Shown: positions 38,801 through 51,297, counted from the stretch's first letter. The stretch is DNA of 64,000 nucleotides from Haliotis rufescens (GCF_023055435.1 NW_025963791.1:23002001-23066000); one strand, 5' to 3'. Notes: generated by a model from the letters alone, not told the origin. Program-made: numbers and translations.

Positions 38801-41800
38801 GTGATTTTACATATGTCTTGCATCTAAAAATATACCAAGACACAGTTAAATGTGTTCAATCATACTGTATAATTCTGCATGTCCAGGTGTGCTTTAAATT
38901 GCATCTGAAATATATATAACACATGGGGAAATACATGTGAACCCTTACGCAACGAGTTGACAATTGTTTTAGATATGCCCGTTTGCGCTAAGACTGAACC
39001 CGGTCGCAAAATGGCCACGAGAGGGGCACGAGTTGCTATCCGGCTTGTCCCGGAATAACAAAAGTTGGTCACGAATGTGTGTGCACTGTCAGCAGCATGG
39101 ATAACCTCATACCTCTCATCATTTAAACCTCTACCACTCTACCAGGTCAAACCACCAGCTCACCTTTCAGCCTCCTCCACAGTGTGGTCCCTGCCCAGGA
39201 CGGAGAGGTTGTCTTGTCTCAATGACTTGAACAAAAGAATAGCATTTCTAAGGTAAATGATGAAAGGGTAACTGTTCACAGAGCAAGGCTATGTTAAAGA
39301 ACAGACTTTCATCACCCTCATAGCCCTTGGACGGGTAACTGTAATGGGGACGATGCAGGGCTCAATAGCAATATTCACAAAATATTACATAACTACGCGT
39401 TGTGAGTAGTGACAATAATTAATAATGTGTTCCAAATACTTCTGGCACATGTAGTTTGCTGCTAAGAATATATATAATAACATCAAACTTGCTCCCATGA
39501 ATAAATGTCAATATTCATACCATGACAAACTCTACTGTTTAGTTTCATCTGATTTTATGCAATATTTGCCATTGCTGAAGATACAAACAATCAACAATGA
39601 CCTTTTTCACAATGATGTGACAGGTGAAATAGTGAATATAATTAGTTACGTAAGCTTAATGTGGAGGGAAAGACCAACATGACCACTTTTGTGAAATCCT
39701 CATGCACAGGTATAGAGCTGAGACACATATATAATATCATTATCTGAGAAAATCTAAGATTCAAACACACAAGCGCCTCAAACATTTGGACCACCTGTGA
39801 CCCCTCCCCATCTCAACAGCCAGTGTCAACACCTGTGCCCCCTCCCCCACTCAACAGTCAGTGTGAACACCTGTGCCCCCTCCCCCACTCAACAGCCAGT
39901 GTGAACACCTGTGCCCCCTCCCCCACTCAACAGTCAGTGTGAACACCTGTGCCCCCTCCCCCACTCAACAGTCAGTGTGAACACCTGTGCCCCCTCCCCC
40001 ACTCAACAGCCAGTGTGAACACCTGTGCCCCCTCCCCCACTCAACAGCCAGTGTCAACACCTGTGCCCCCTCCCCCACTCAACAGTCAGTGTGAACACCT
40101 GTGCCCTCTCCCCCCACTCTACAGCCAGTGTGAACACCTGTGCCCCCTCCCCCACTCAACAGCCAGTGTGAACACCTGTGCCCTCTCCCCCCACTCAACA
40201 GTCAGTGTGAACACCTGTGCCCCCTCCCCCACTCAACAGCCAGTGTGAACACCTGTGCCCCCTCCCCCACTCAACAGCCAGTGTGAACACCTGTGCCCCC
40301 TCCCCCACTCAACAGCCAGTGTGAACACCTGTGCCCTCTCCCCCCACTCAACAGCCAGTGTGAACACCTGTGCCCCCTCCCCCTACTCAAGTCAGTGTGA
40401 ACACCTGTGCCCTCTCCGCCCACTCAACAGTCAGTGTGAACACTTGTGCCCTCTCCCCCCACTCAACAGTTAGTGTGAACACTTGTATGTGCATTTCCAC
40501 ATCCTATGTACAGCCTGATGCTGGAGACCCATTGTGTCCTATGTACAGCCTGATACTGGAGACCCATTGTGTCCTATGTACAGCTTGATACTGGAGACCC
40601 ATTGTGTCCTATGTGCAGCCTGATACTGGAGACCCATGGTGTCCTACGTACAGCATGATACTGGAGACCCATTGTGTTCTATGTACAGCTTGATACTGGA
40701 GACCCATTGTGTCCAATGTACAGCCTGATACTGGAGACCCATTGTGTCCTATGTATAGCCTGATACTGGAGACCCATTGTGTCCTATGTACAGCATGATA
40801 CTGGAGACTCATTGTGTCCCATGTACAGCCTGATACTGGAGACCCATTGTGTCCTATGTACAGCCTGATACTGGAGACTCATTGTGTCCTATGTACAGCA
40901 TGATACTGGAGACCCATTGTGTCCTATGTACAGCCTGATACTGGAGACCCGTTGTGTCCTTTGTACAACCTGTTACTGGAGACCCATTGTGTCCTATGTA
41001 CAGCCTGATACTGGAGACCCATTGTGTCCTATGTACAGCCTGATACTGGAGACCCGTTGTGTCCTATGTACAGCCTGATACTGGAGACCCATTGTGTCCT
41101 ATGTACAGCCTGATACTGGAGACCCGTTGTGTCCTATGTACAGCCTTATACTGGAGACCCATTGTGTCCTATGTACAGCCTGATACTGGAGACCCATTGT
41201 GTCCTATGTACAGCCTGATACTGGAGACCCATTGTGTCCTATGTACAGCCTGATACTGGAGACCCATTGTGTCCTATGTGCAGCCTGATACTGGAGACCC
41301 ATTGTGTCCCATGTACAGCCTGATACTGGAGACCCATTGTGTCCTATGTACAGCCTGATACTGCAGACCCATTGTGTTCTATGTACAGCTTGATACTGGA
41401 GACCCATTGTGTCCTATGTGCAGCCTGATACTCGAGACCCATTGTGTCCTATGTGCAGCCTGATACTGGAGACCCATGGTGTTCTATGTACAGCCTGATA
41501 CTAGAGACCAAATGTGTCCTATGACACACACAGGCTTGGTGGAAAGTAGAAACAAAACAATGAGCTCATTACCTGTACTCCAATAGAAAGTCGATTTACA
41601 CCTGCATCACAGAATTCTCTGAAAAAACAAGTTATGCCTGTGTAGTAAAATCAGCAAATGGTTGATGTGTAACTGTATGTTAAACAGAAATGTGACATGT
41701 TCAAAAGAATAGTGATGTGTTCAACGGTATAGCAATATATTCAACAGTAATGCAATATATTCAATAGTAATGTGATGTTTTCAACAGTAATGCAATATTT

Positions 41801-44800
41801 CAACAGTAATGTGATGTATTCAATGGTAATGCAACATATTCAACAGTAATGTGATGTGTTCAATGGTAATGCAATATAGTCAACATTAATGTGATGTGTT
41901 CAATGGTAATGCAATATATTCAACAGTAATGTGATGTTTTCAACGGTAATGCAATATTTCAACAGTAATGTGATGTATTCAATGGTAATGCAACATATTC
42001 AACAGTAATGTGATGTGTTCAATGGTAATGCAATATAGTCAACATTAATGTGATGTGTTCAATGGTAATGCAATATATTCAACAGTAATGTGATGTTTTC
42101 AACGGTAATGCAATATATTCAACAGTAATGTGATGTATTCAATGGTAATGCAACATATTCAACAGTAATGTGATGTGTTCAATGGTAATGCAATATAGTC
42201 AACAGTAATATGATGTGTTCAATGGTAATGCAATATATTCAACAGAAATGCAATATATTCAATAGTAATGTGATCTGTTCATCAGTAATGTGATGTGTTC
42301 AACGGTAATGCAATATATTCAACAGTAATGTGATGTGTTCAATGGTAATGCAATATAGTCAACAGAAATGTGATGTGTTCAACGGTATAGCAATATATTC
42401 AACAGTAATTTGATGTGTTCAATGGTAAGCAACATAGTCAACAGTAATGTGATGTGTTCAACAGTAATGCAATATATTCAACAGTAATTTGATGTTTTCA
42501 ACAGTAATGCAATATATTCAACAGTAATGTGATGTGTTCAACGGTATAGCAATATATTCAACAGTAATGTAATGTGTTCAAAGGTAATCCAATATATTCA
42601 ACAGTAATGTGATGCATTCAACTGTAATGCAATATATTCAACAGTAATGTGATGTGTTCAACGGTAATGCAATATATTCAACAGTAATGTAATGTGTTCA
42701 AAGGTAATCCAATATATTCAACAGTAATGTGATGCATTCAACAGTAATGCAATATATTCAATAGTAATATGATGTGTTCAATGGTAATGCAACATAGTCA
42801 ACAGTAATGTAATGTGTTCAACGGTAATGCAATATATTCAACAGTAATTTAATGTTTTCAAAAGTAATGCAATATATTCAACATTAATGTGATGTGTTCA
42901 ACGATAATGCACTATATTCAACAGTAATGTGATGCGTTCAATGGTAATGCAATATATTCAACAGTAATGTGATGTGTTCAATGGTAATGCAATATAGTCA
43001 ACATTAATGTGATGTATTCAACAGTAATGCAATATATTCAACAGTAATGTGATGTGTTCAACTGTAATGCAATATATTCAACATTAATGTGATGTATTCA
43101 ACAGTAATGCAATATATTCAACAGTAATGTGATGTGTTCAACGGTAATGCAATATATTCAACAGTGGTCTGTTGAATATGCAATATATTCAAGAGTAATG
43201 TGATCTGTTCAACATTAATGTGATGTGTTCAACGGTAATGCAATATATTCAACAGTAATGTGATGTGTTCAACGGTAATGCAATATATTCAACAGTAGTC
43301 TGTTGAATATGCAATATATTCAACAACTGGGTCATGTGTGGTCCCCGCATTCAAGTGGATAACAAGAGACTCTGCCAAAAATGGTATTTGAGACTTTTAA
43401 TATATCCCTACACTTCTTGCCAACACTTGTCAAATTGAAGTCATACTTTAAATATTTTGACTGTATTCTTCAAAAAGCTTTATAAAACGGTTAAAGTGGA
43501 CATTGTTCATTATCAAATAATTGGACAAAACTAACCTCAAGCGATTTGTCTCCAGAGATGTTGGATTGGCCTCAAGAGTGATCTCCCCTGAGTCAGGCAG
43601 TGTTACCTGTGCTTTGACTTGATTAATGATACTTGCAATCGTGTCTGCGCTTGCTAAACTTGGGGTCCCTGGGGCAAACACAAAGAGAGGGAGTATATCC
43701 CATCAGCATCATGGCTCCGGTCACATACTCTACCCCAATCTCATTAAAATCAGATCTTAGTTCTCGCTACCGCTAACCAAAGATCTGAGGAAATCCCATT
43801 ACAGGTCAGAACAACCTTTCATCCGACCAATCAGAGCATCGCTTACCAGATAATGAAAGTGACAGTTGGAATGTGATTTCTATTTCTAATCATGCAACCT
43901 GGAAAACTTTAACGCAGGGTATTCGGAACGATAGTTACAGGTTTAACGACTGAATCCATACAATCTAGGCCATCTATTAGCCATTCCAGAACATTCTTTT
44001 GTTCAGGCTTCAAATTTTTAATGGAATATTTGTCAAAATATGTTTCGAAGCGTAGTCACCAATTTGAAATTAGTGCCGTAAAGCACAAGAATGCTGCCTT
44101 CTGATTGGCTAATGTCGACTTCTTGTCAGTCCTTCCATTGGTTGGTCAAACTTTGAGCAAGGTTAGTCTGACGTAACCCGTAATGGGATGTCCTCAGATC
44201 TTTGTTTAGCCGCAGGGAGAACTAAGATCTGATTTTATGAGATTGATTCTACCCAGGAGCAGGATTCAACCCTGGACTGCATGAACAGCAAATGCTTTAA
44301 CTACCCAAATAAAGATGGAAATTAACCCAAAACATCTACTAGCCAGAATAATGATAACAAAAAGCAATACCCCCCAAAATGTTTGAAATTTTAGCAACCC
44401 TGGGGATACCTTTAACATTAAGAAAACTGGTCCGGGCTAGCAGACTGGTGAATTCCACCCCTCTAAAAATAAGACTTGCTTATCATAACTTCAAATAAAT
44501 ATTCATTAATGACTTTGCTCATCTTGTTATTGTGGGAAAGGCAACAGCTAGATCATAACAGTGAGTGAGTGAGTGAGTTGGGTTTAACGCCGCTTTTAAC
44601 AGTATTCCAGTTATATCACGGCGTGTCAGCTTAATGTGGGAGGAAAGCCTGAAGTGATGCAGGTCTCAGACGTTTACCACTTCGGTGAAACCCACGAGCA
44701 CGGGTATGGTGCTGACAAACCTAGAAACATAATCGGGGCGAACCAGGATTCAAACCCAGAATCATAGGTTTCTGGCGTGCCCAAGGGACACAACTCTGCA

Positions 44801-47389
44801 CAGCAAATCACGGCGCCTTAGACGACTGGGCCACCTGTGCCCCCCTAGATCATAACAGCTTGTACACCAGGGGTGTTACAAATCACCAATGTATCAATGC
44901 ATTGTGACCTTACACCTGGCAATACAACACACAATACGCCGACTCATGTATCAATTTACATTCTATTCTGTACGGATTTTCATAAAGTAATATTTATGAA
45001 GGTTTGCAATAATCGGGCCTGATAGATTACCAGTATATCTTTCATTCCCATATGATTGCATGATACTATTACAACAAGCCTGAATTTAACCCATCATGCA
45101 AGAAAAACACAAACTGGTTGATAGCAACAATAATTTGTCAGCTGGGCTTCAAGGAACACGGAACATTTCATACAAAAAAAATGAAGTATTGTGATATGTA
45201 TCATATTGTGGTCCATATAATATTTGTTTCTTTGTTGTTTAACGCAGCACTCAGCAATATTACAGCTATATGACGGCGGTCTGTAAATAATCGAGTCTGG
45301 ACCAGAAAATCCAGTGATTGACATCATGAGCATAGATCCACACAATTGGGATACAATGACATGCATCAACCAAGTCAGCGAGCCTGACCACCGGTGCTGT
45401 TAGTCGGCTCTTACGACAAGCATAGTCGCTTTTTACGGCAAGCATCGGTTGCATAAGACCTATTCTACCCCGGATCTTCACAGGTAGTTTTGTATAATGA
45501 TTTGCATCGAAATGTGAGGTATGCGTATTGTGACATCCATTCTGTTAATGTGTTTCAACTTAGAGCATCACATCAGGGTTTAAAACCAAAATTTCCAGAA
45601 ACTGTATGCATAATTAGCTAATATTACTTGAATAGAATCTATGTTCCTACCTCCTCCAAAGAAGATTGATGCTATGCTGGACACGCCACTGAGCCTGATG
45701 AGAGTTTCAGTCTCCCTCACAAGGTTATCTCTCATTCTCTCCTCGTTGACATTGCGACTGGAACAAAACAATAAGTCTAATGACACCTTCCTGCTTGGCA
45801 AAGTGACGAGGAATACAGGGTGAGATGAGGTGAAATGGAGTTTAACATCACTTTCAAGATTATTGCACTTATATAGCGACATGCAAGTGTGTGTGGTTGG
45901 GTTAGGTCAAATAGCGTGCGTGCGTGTGTGTGCTAGTCCGGACTAAAGCCGATTTAAAGTGCTAGATCACTGAGAACATGCTACAGTTTAACATGAATAC
46001 CCCAGACACAGGAAGCTGACTCCATGGTGACCAGTCCTTGTTTTAACCCCTTAATTAGGAGCGCAAGGCAGGGAAATAACAAGTGCCATCTTATAATGAC
46101 TTTTGGAATGATGCAGCCTAGGATCGAGCCACCCACCTTCCGCTCTGTGGGAAGACACTCAATCCACTGGGCCTTCATGAGGCAGTTCGAGGAATACAGG
46201 GAGGGAATGCTATTCGTACACTGCTTTGAACAGTACAAACAGCGACCCATGAACATTCCCGAATTTATTATTTCTGTTGTATGTTTACCAGTGACTGAAA
46301 CCTCTGCTTCTCTTCAATGTCTACTCAATACTTACTCGATATACTTGTTGAAGTTGCAGTACGTACATCGTCTCTTGCAGTAAGGCCACTGAAAACACAA
46401 TAGGTTTCAGCAGTGGGTGTAATGATTCACGGTGCCAAAGTTTCGTATTGACAAATCACTTTTCTATACTAAACAATGCATGTATATACAAGGGCAAGAT
46501 GTGCTGACATTTCAAGAGACTCTTTTCACACCAAACAGTCTGTACCTAGTCTGACCAAGACATAATAGTATTACCTGTACATTGTTTCTGTTGGGATTCA
46601 ATAGAAGATCATTGCATTGTATTTAGACACTGATTAGTTGTAATGAATGTAGTACTATTAAGTGTAAGCAGTGGTGAGAAAGTTATGATATTTAGATGCC
46701 TGAATTATCTGTAAACTTCCTAAATAGCATGGATGGATGTCAAGCATTATAGAAACATGTTGAATAACATGTGTGGTTCAAGTGACCTCTGGACTGGTTT
46801 GGCACTGTGTTGAAAGTGATGGAAGCTAGTTAGACTATATAAGTGGGACGGGCACGTGCCTGTCATCTCACATTTCATTTGACATTACATCAAGATCAGC
46901 TTCTGTGTGAAGATCACCTATCACCCCTGATTCCCAGCCTAGTCCTATCTCGGAAGCTTGACCACTGTTAGGGATAGGTAAATATTATTATCAATGAACT
47001 CTTTGCTATCACCACTGCCATCATATTTTGTATTTGTTACTGCCATTAAATATTGTACTGCCATTGCAATTGCTGTGCAGTAATTTGTATTGACCTTTAA
47101 ACCTAGTTAATTGAGTAAGACAATTGTTAATTGTATACCATTTGTTGGGTGTTTCACACTAAATTCTTTTATGCACAGATTTCTGGGTTAACTAATTGTT
47201 TCAATATGGGAATCGACACGTAACAATACTTACATGGACATACAATGCAGCACTTCTTTCATATTTTCGTTCCTTTTTTTCCACATTCACTTTTTCGAGA
47301 TGTGACAGTTTTGACGACTGACTGTCATTGGCCACACTGCAGAGACTCCTCCTACACCGGCTAATGACTGACAGGTGTTTTGATCTCAT
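26788..47389 (-). CDS. RSAD1: Radical SAM domain-containing protein 1, mitochondrial (HemW-like putative heme chaperone); 14 coding exons, ~438 aa
   Basis: Exons in transcription order: 47389-47234, 46388-46336, 45757-45651, 43668-43536, 41618-41573, 39225-39164, 37206-37101, 36121-36029, 34516-34466, 32645-32592, 30670-30607, 28677-28542, 27780-27625, 26887-26788 (1317 nt, all phases compatible). Motifs: [21 protein letters not shown] (CxxxCxxC), [78 protein letters not shown]; Arg/Ser-rich N-terminus resembles a mitochondrial transit peptide. Confidence 0.95.
27625..27780 (-). CDS. RSAD1: RSAD1 exon 13
   Basis: [15 protein letters not shown]...LHLDT. Confidence 0.9.
28542..28677 (-). CDS. 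RSAD1: RSAD1 exon 12
   Basis: GAHGRF...[19 protein letters not shown]. Confidence 0.93.
29021..30020. repeat. 22-24 bp minisatellite (RSAD1 intron 11)
   Basis: CCAGGTGATGACAGTGGATCCT and variants. Confidence 0.97.
30607..30670 (-). CDS. RSAD1: RSAD1 exon 11
   Basis: [21 protein letters not shown]. Confidence 0.93.
31954..32114 (+). mobile_element. SINE family A
   Basis: TSD CTATTATTCTTCA at 31941-31953 and 32115-32127. Confidence 0.9.
32592..32645 (-). CDS. RSAD1: RSAD1 exon 10
   Basis: [18 protein letters not shown]. Confidence 0.92.
32808..34432. repeat. ~24-bp minisatellite (RSAD1 intron 9), interrupted by a SINE
   Basis: ACAGTACCCTGGTTACAGCACAGC units. Confidence 0.97.
33071..33345 (-). 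mobile_element. SINE family C inserted in the 24-bp minisatellite
   Basis: Near-identical to the 44561 copy. Confidence 0.85.
34466..34516 (-). CDS. RSAD1: RSAD1 exon 9
   Basis: [17 protein letters not shown]. Confidence 0.85.
34713..36060. repeat. 40-bp minisatellite, ~34 copies, built from RSAD1 exon 8 end plus donor
   Basis: ACTGACCACTGTGTGTTTACCGACATCCTTAAACAGCTAT. Confidence 0.98.
36029..36121 (-). CDS. RSAD1: RSAD1 exon 8 (3' third is the first unit of the 40-bp array)
   Basis: [34 protein letters not shown]|GTCAGT donor (phase 0 required by exon 9). Confidence 0.88.
36603..37091. mobile_element. Same MULE-like MITE, copy 2
   Basis: Same TIRs; 9-bp TSD TAAACATAC/TACACATAC. Confidence 0.88.
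37101..37206 (-). CDS. RSAD1: RSAD1 exon 7
   Basis: [35 protein letters not shown]. Confidence 0.93.
37341..37505 (-). mobile_element. SINE family A nested in a degenerate family-B copy
   Basis: TSD TAATAGAGTCTGG on both sides. Confidence 0.88.
39164..39225 (-). CDS. RSAD1: RSAD1 exon 6
   Basis: [20 protein letters not shown]; AAG acceptor, GTGAG donor. Confidence 0.88.
39800..40487. repeat. 38-39 bp C-rich minisatellite (RSAD1 intron 5)
   Basis: CCTCCCCCACTCAACAGCCAGTGTGAACACCTGTGCCC. Confidence 0.97.
40502..41523. repeat. 35-bp minisatellite (RSAD1 intron 5)
   Basis: CAGCCTGATACTGGAGACCCATTGTGTCCTATGTA. Confidence 0.97.
41573..41618 (-). CDS. RSAD1: RSAD1 exon 5
   Basis: [15 protein letters not shown]. 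Confidence 0.93.
41685..43326. repeat. 20/40-bp AT-rich minisatellite (RSAD1 intron 4)
   Basis: TCAACAGTAATGTGATGTGT alternating with TCAATGGTAATGCAATATAT. Confidence 0.97.
43536..43668 (-). CDS. RSAD1: RSAD1 exon 4
   Basis: GTPSLA...[10 protein letters not shown]. Confidence 0.93.
43736..44245. mobile_element. Same MULE-like MITE, copy 3
   Basis: Same TIRs; 9-bp TSD ACTCTACCC/ATTCTACCC. Confidence 0.88.
44561..44845 (-). mobile_element. tRNA-derived SINE family C
   Basis: A box GTGGCCCAGTCGTCTAAGGCG, B box GGTTTGAATCC, (ACTC)n tail, TSD TAGATCATAACA; other copies 33071-33345(-), 50531-50790(-), 59935-60213(+). Confidence 0.88.
45225..45485 (-). mobile_element. SINE-like family B
   Basis: Full copy. 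Confidence 0.85.
45651..45757 (-). CDS. RSAD1: RSAD1 exon 3
   Basis: [15 protein letters not shown]...SIFFGG. Confidence 0.93.
46336..46388 (-). CDS. RSAD1: RSAD1 exon 2 (CxxxCxxC [4Fe-4S] motif)
   Basis: [17 protein letters not shown]. Confidence 0.95.
47234..47389 (-). CDS. RSAD1: RSAD1 coding exon 1
   Basis: MRSKHL...AALYVH, GTAAGT donor. Confidence 0.85.
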
Positions 47390-47498
47390 TGTTTTACTAT
47401 CTTTTGTTCAACAAAACTGCCAATTCAGCTCTCATCCTGTAATACATGAATAAAGAACCAAGCATAAATTTCCTGTGAACATGCTTGAGTGGTTTAGA

Positions 47499-47853
47499 TG
47501 TGAGGTGAAATGGGGTTTAACGTCGCGTCCAAGATTATTGCACTTATATAGCGACGTGCATGTACGTGTGTGTGTGTTTGTGTGGCTGCTTGTACTAGTC
47601 CGGACTGATGCCGATTTAGAGTGCTAGCCCACTGAGATACCATGCCGCAGTTTAACATGAATACCCCACTCAGACACAGTATACTGACTCCGAGCCGACC
47701 AGTCCTTGTTTTTAGCCCCTTCATGCCGAGCACCAGACAGGGTAACAACAAGTACCATCTTTTAACGTCTTTTGGTATGACGCGGTCGGGGATCGAACCC
47801 CGGACCTTCCGCTCTCCAGGCGGACGCTCTACCACTAGACCACGGAGGCGGTC
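47499..47853 (-). mobile_element. tRNA-derived SINE family D (Meta-domain-like, from recall)
   Basis: A box GTGGTCTAGTGGTAGAGC, B box GGTTCGATCCC, CATACCAAAAGACGTTAAAAGATGGTAC core, TSD GAGTGGTTTAGA; other copies 62941-63256(+), 45820-46180(-), 55280-55530(-), 38290-38490(-). Confidence 0.88.
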
Positions 47854-48689
47854 GAGTGGTTTAGAAGTTCGATATGCATCTTATGATAGTATAGAAGATC
47901 AACATCTCCACTAGCAATGTGATTACCTGGTACCATGTATGTTTTCATCTGTGCATTTTGTTTTGTCATAAACAGTGACTACCACTAATAAAATACTCAG
48001 ATTGGCACTCCCATGAGATGAAAGTGAGTTGGTAGTCACCTAGGTGCCCAGCTGCTGTATCTGCCTATTGCCTAGTGTAGCTGTTTAGTGTGGTTTCATA
48101 TTATTATTTATTCTATAAATAAACTGCTTGTATCGTGCTTGTAAATTATTGCTTTTTTATTGTTTGTTTCTTTTTCGTACAATGCCGCTCTCAGCAATAT
48201 TTCAGCGATATGACAGTAGTCTGTAAATAATCAAGTCTGGATCAGACAAACCATGCAGTAATTGACATCATGAACATCGATCTATAGGCAAATTGGGATA
48301 CAATGACAAAAATCAAAGAGGTATAGAGATGTACGTCTTTGCATGCATCAACCAAGTCTGCGAGCCTGACCACCTGATCCCGTTACAAGCGTGAGTTTCT
48401 GACCTGAAGGCCAATTCTAACCGGGATCTTCAGGGGTAGCTTGTAAATCACTAACACAGAAGCGTTCGAATCAGTGAGGGGAGTAGTGCACTTTACCAGG
48501 CGCACTTTTTCAGATCCAATTAGCGCTGTGGGGGCTCAAACACGCTTCGCCGGCTCACCGGCTTGGCTAATTAATGCGTTAATTAGCCGACGCTCTACCA
48601 CTGGACCACGAGCGCTATCACATGTAATCAGTGCTCGTTTATCGGGTCATTAGCACCCCCTTAACAAGCATGCGTAATTCAGAAAACAA

Positions 48690-48720
48690 TGAATTGCGCA
48701 TGCGTGTGACGTCACTGTCC
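48690..48720. promoter_or_regulatory. NRF1-like (TGCGCATGCG) plus CRE (TGACGTCA) motifs; candidate RSAD1 promoter
   Basis: TGCGCATGCG 48695-48704 and TGACGTCA 48707-48714, ~1.3 kb upstream of the RSAD1 ATG exon. Confidence 0.5.
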
Positions 48721-48852
48721 GCTCTCCCATTAATCTTTTCTTGAAACCACACCCACCATTGTTTATGTCAACATGACTGACCAGTCGGATTAACTAGATT
48801 AACACTTGAAAAGGTAAGAAATTATGGCTAACCCTTGCCCAAAGCAAGCTAA

Positions 48853-49433
48853 CCCTAAGGACCGAAAAGGGGTGTTGGATCGTAATGACGTGTAAGTTTC
48901 CCTAAGAACGAAAAGGGGTGATGGATTGTAATGACGTGTAAGTTTCCCTAAGAACGAAAAGGGGTGATGGATTGTAAAGACGAGTAAGTTTTCCTAAGAC
49001 CGAAAATGGGTGTTGGATCGTAATGACGTGTAAGTTTCCCTAAGAACGAAAAGGGGTGATGGATTGTAAAGACGAGTAAGTTTTCCTAAGAACGAAAACG
49101 GGTGTTGGATCGTAAAGATGTCTAAGTTTCCCTAAGACCAAAAACGGGTGTTGGATCGTAAATACGTATAAGTTTCCCTAAGACCGAAAACGGGTGTTGG
49201 ATCGTAAAGACGTGTAAGTTTCCCTAAGACTGAAAACGGGTGTTGGATCGTAAAGACGTGTAAGTTTCCCTAAGACCGAAAACGGGTGTTGGATCGTAAA
49301 GACGTGTAAGTTTCCCTAAGACCGAAAACGGGTGTTGGATCGTAAAGATGTGTAAGATTCCCTAAGACCGAAAACGGGTGTTGGATCGTAAGGATGTGTA
49401 AGTTTCCCTAGACCGAAAATGAGTGTTGGATCA
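48853..49433. repeat. 46-bp minisatellite, ~12.5 copies
   Basis: CCCTAAGACCGAAAACGGGTGTTGGATCGTAAAGACGTGTAAGTTT. Confidence 0.96.
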
Positions 49434-50118
49434 TGAAGCGAGAATCACCTGAGCGTGAGGCACTAACGGTATAGCGAGACAGCGGTAGCACTATAGCGGT
49501 AGCACTATAGCGCGGTTATTGACTGAATGGAAGAGCTCGGGCTGTGCCCGGTAAACTGCATTGTTGCCTCAGTGAGCTCTGTTGCTCAGGTACTACTACC
49601 AGAGACCACTATCAATGTTCCATGTTAACAGCAAAGTAGTACATAATCCATCAGAGCACAGGACTTTTTAGCATTCATATTCATGTACCAAACCATGCAT
49701 ACTTTGCCTCCGGAGTCTGAAAACTCTCTAAAAATGTGTTTCTAACCCTAATCGAATACTTTTATCTGACATTTCATTTTGAAATTTACAGCGTAAATGA
49801 GCTGACATCAACATATTACCCAAACATAACACACACTCAGCACCGACGCACGTTCTTATCATTCTCTGAAGTGTCCGATATCAAAGGGGCATAACTCTAT
49901 TCTAATAACGGATTGCGTGCCACTACACAGTCACTGATATGTATTATCCATTTTCTTACATTTTGCTGGAGATGAAAGACTTTAGGACATTAAAGAGATT
50001 TTTTCAACTTTTCATGAGGCATTATACTACATAATGATCAAATGTTAAAACACCTTTAGGGTATTCTGGATTACTATGTGTCCACTGCTCCAAGAAATGA
50101 ACCGATCTGAATCCTATA

Positions 50119-50293
50119 AAGTAAACTACGGTTATAATGAACTCAAAGGGACTACTTATTTTAGTTCTTTATAACCGTAGTTCGTTATAAGTATATATAC
50201 AGCATGACTACAGCAAGTAGTCGGGACCAAAAAATAAGTTCGTTATATCCGTCAGTTCGTTATAAGCGTGTTCGTTATAACCGTAGTTAACTG
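50119..50293. mobile_element. pogo/Tigger-like MITE, second copy (inverted)
   Basis: Same TIRs, TA flanks. Confidence 0.75.
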
Positions 50294-51297
50294 TAGGTGG
50301 TACCATTATACCTCCATTAAATCATTGTATATACCTAGTCAAGCATGTTCAGAAGATGGGAAGGTAGGATACAGTACTCAAAACGTTCAAGGCACGTCGT
50401 TTGGCACGGGGCCGTCTTAGCCATTACCCGTAGTATCATGAATGTACAAATTAATAGACCCTTTGTACGAAGCACGGAAAGGTCGCGGTGACACATATAC
50501 CTGCAAACCGGCCGCTTCAAAATTGAAGTAGTGAGTGTGTTGGGTTTATCGCCGCTTTTAACATTATTACAGTTATATCGCGGCGTGTCAGCTTAATGTG
50601 GGAGGAAAGCCCGGAGTGGTGCAGGTCTCAGACGTTTACCACTTCGGTGAAACCCACGAGCACGGGTATGGTGCTGACAAACCTAGAAACATAATCGGGG
50701 CGAACCAACAATCATAGGTTTCTGGCGTGCCCAAGGGACGCAACTCCGCACAGCGAATCGCGGCGCCTTTGACGACTGGGTCAGCCGTGTCCAAACTTGA
50801 AGTAAATAAAGATGTATAACTTTGCAAATACTTTGAAGTCGATGACCAAAAGTTGATAAACGAACAACTATCAAAATAGTAGGTGCCGTTCGAAGATAGA
50901 AAAGGGTAGATTGCATCGCGGGAATAACTATACACCAATAACGATAACAATTAACCGTCTCACCCAGCTGTAGGTAACCCTGTTTGGTAAGGGGTACCAA
51001 ATATCCGATTTTGGGTGAAATATCCGATCGATCCTTTCGACAATGGACTTTTATGGGGCATTTATATCTTTATATCTTTCGACGGATAGTCCAGTGCAAT
51101 TGCCATAGCAGCCCAGGAGCAAATTTGCGGGTTCGAACCCCGGACGGGACTCAACCCAAAAAAGTACGAGAATCTGTACTTTAGTACTCCCTGCAGCGAA
51201 TTCAGGCGCCTTAAACGACTTACGAGACAGAAGATGTAGTACACTTGATAATCGAGGACGGATATGATTCTGTAACAGTTCATGTCGATTTTAATAT

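Noticed and set aside
34713-49433. CRISPR-like appearance of the 35-46 bp arrays
   Set aside because: Head-to-tail units with no unique spacers, eukaryotic intronic context, no cas genes
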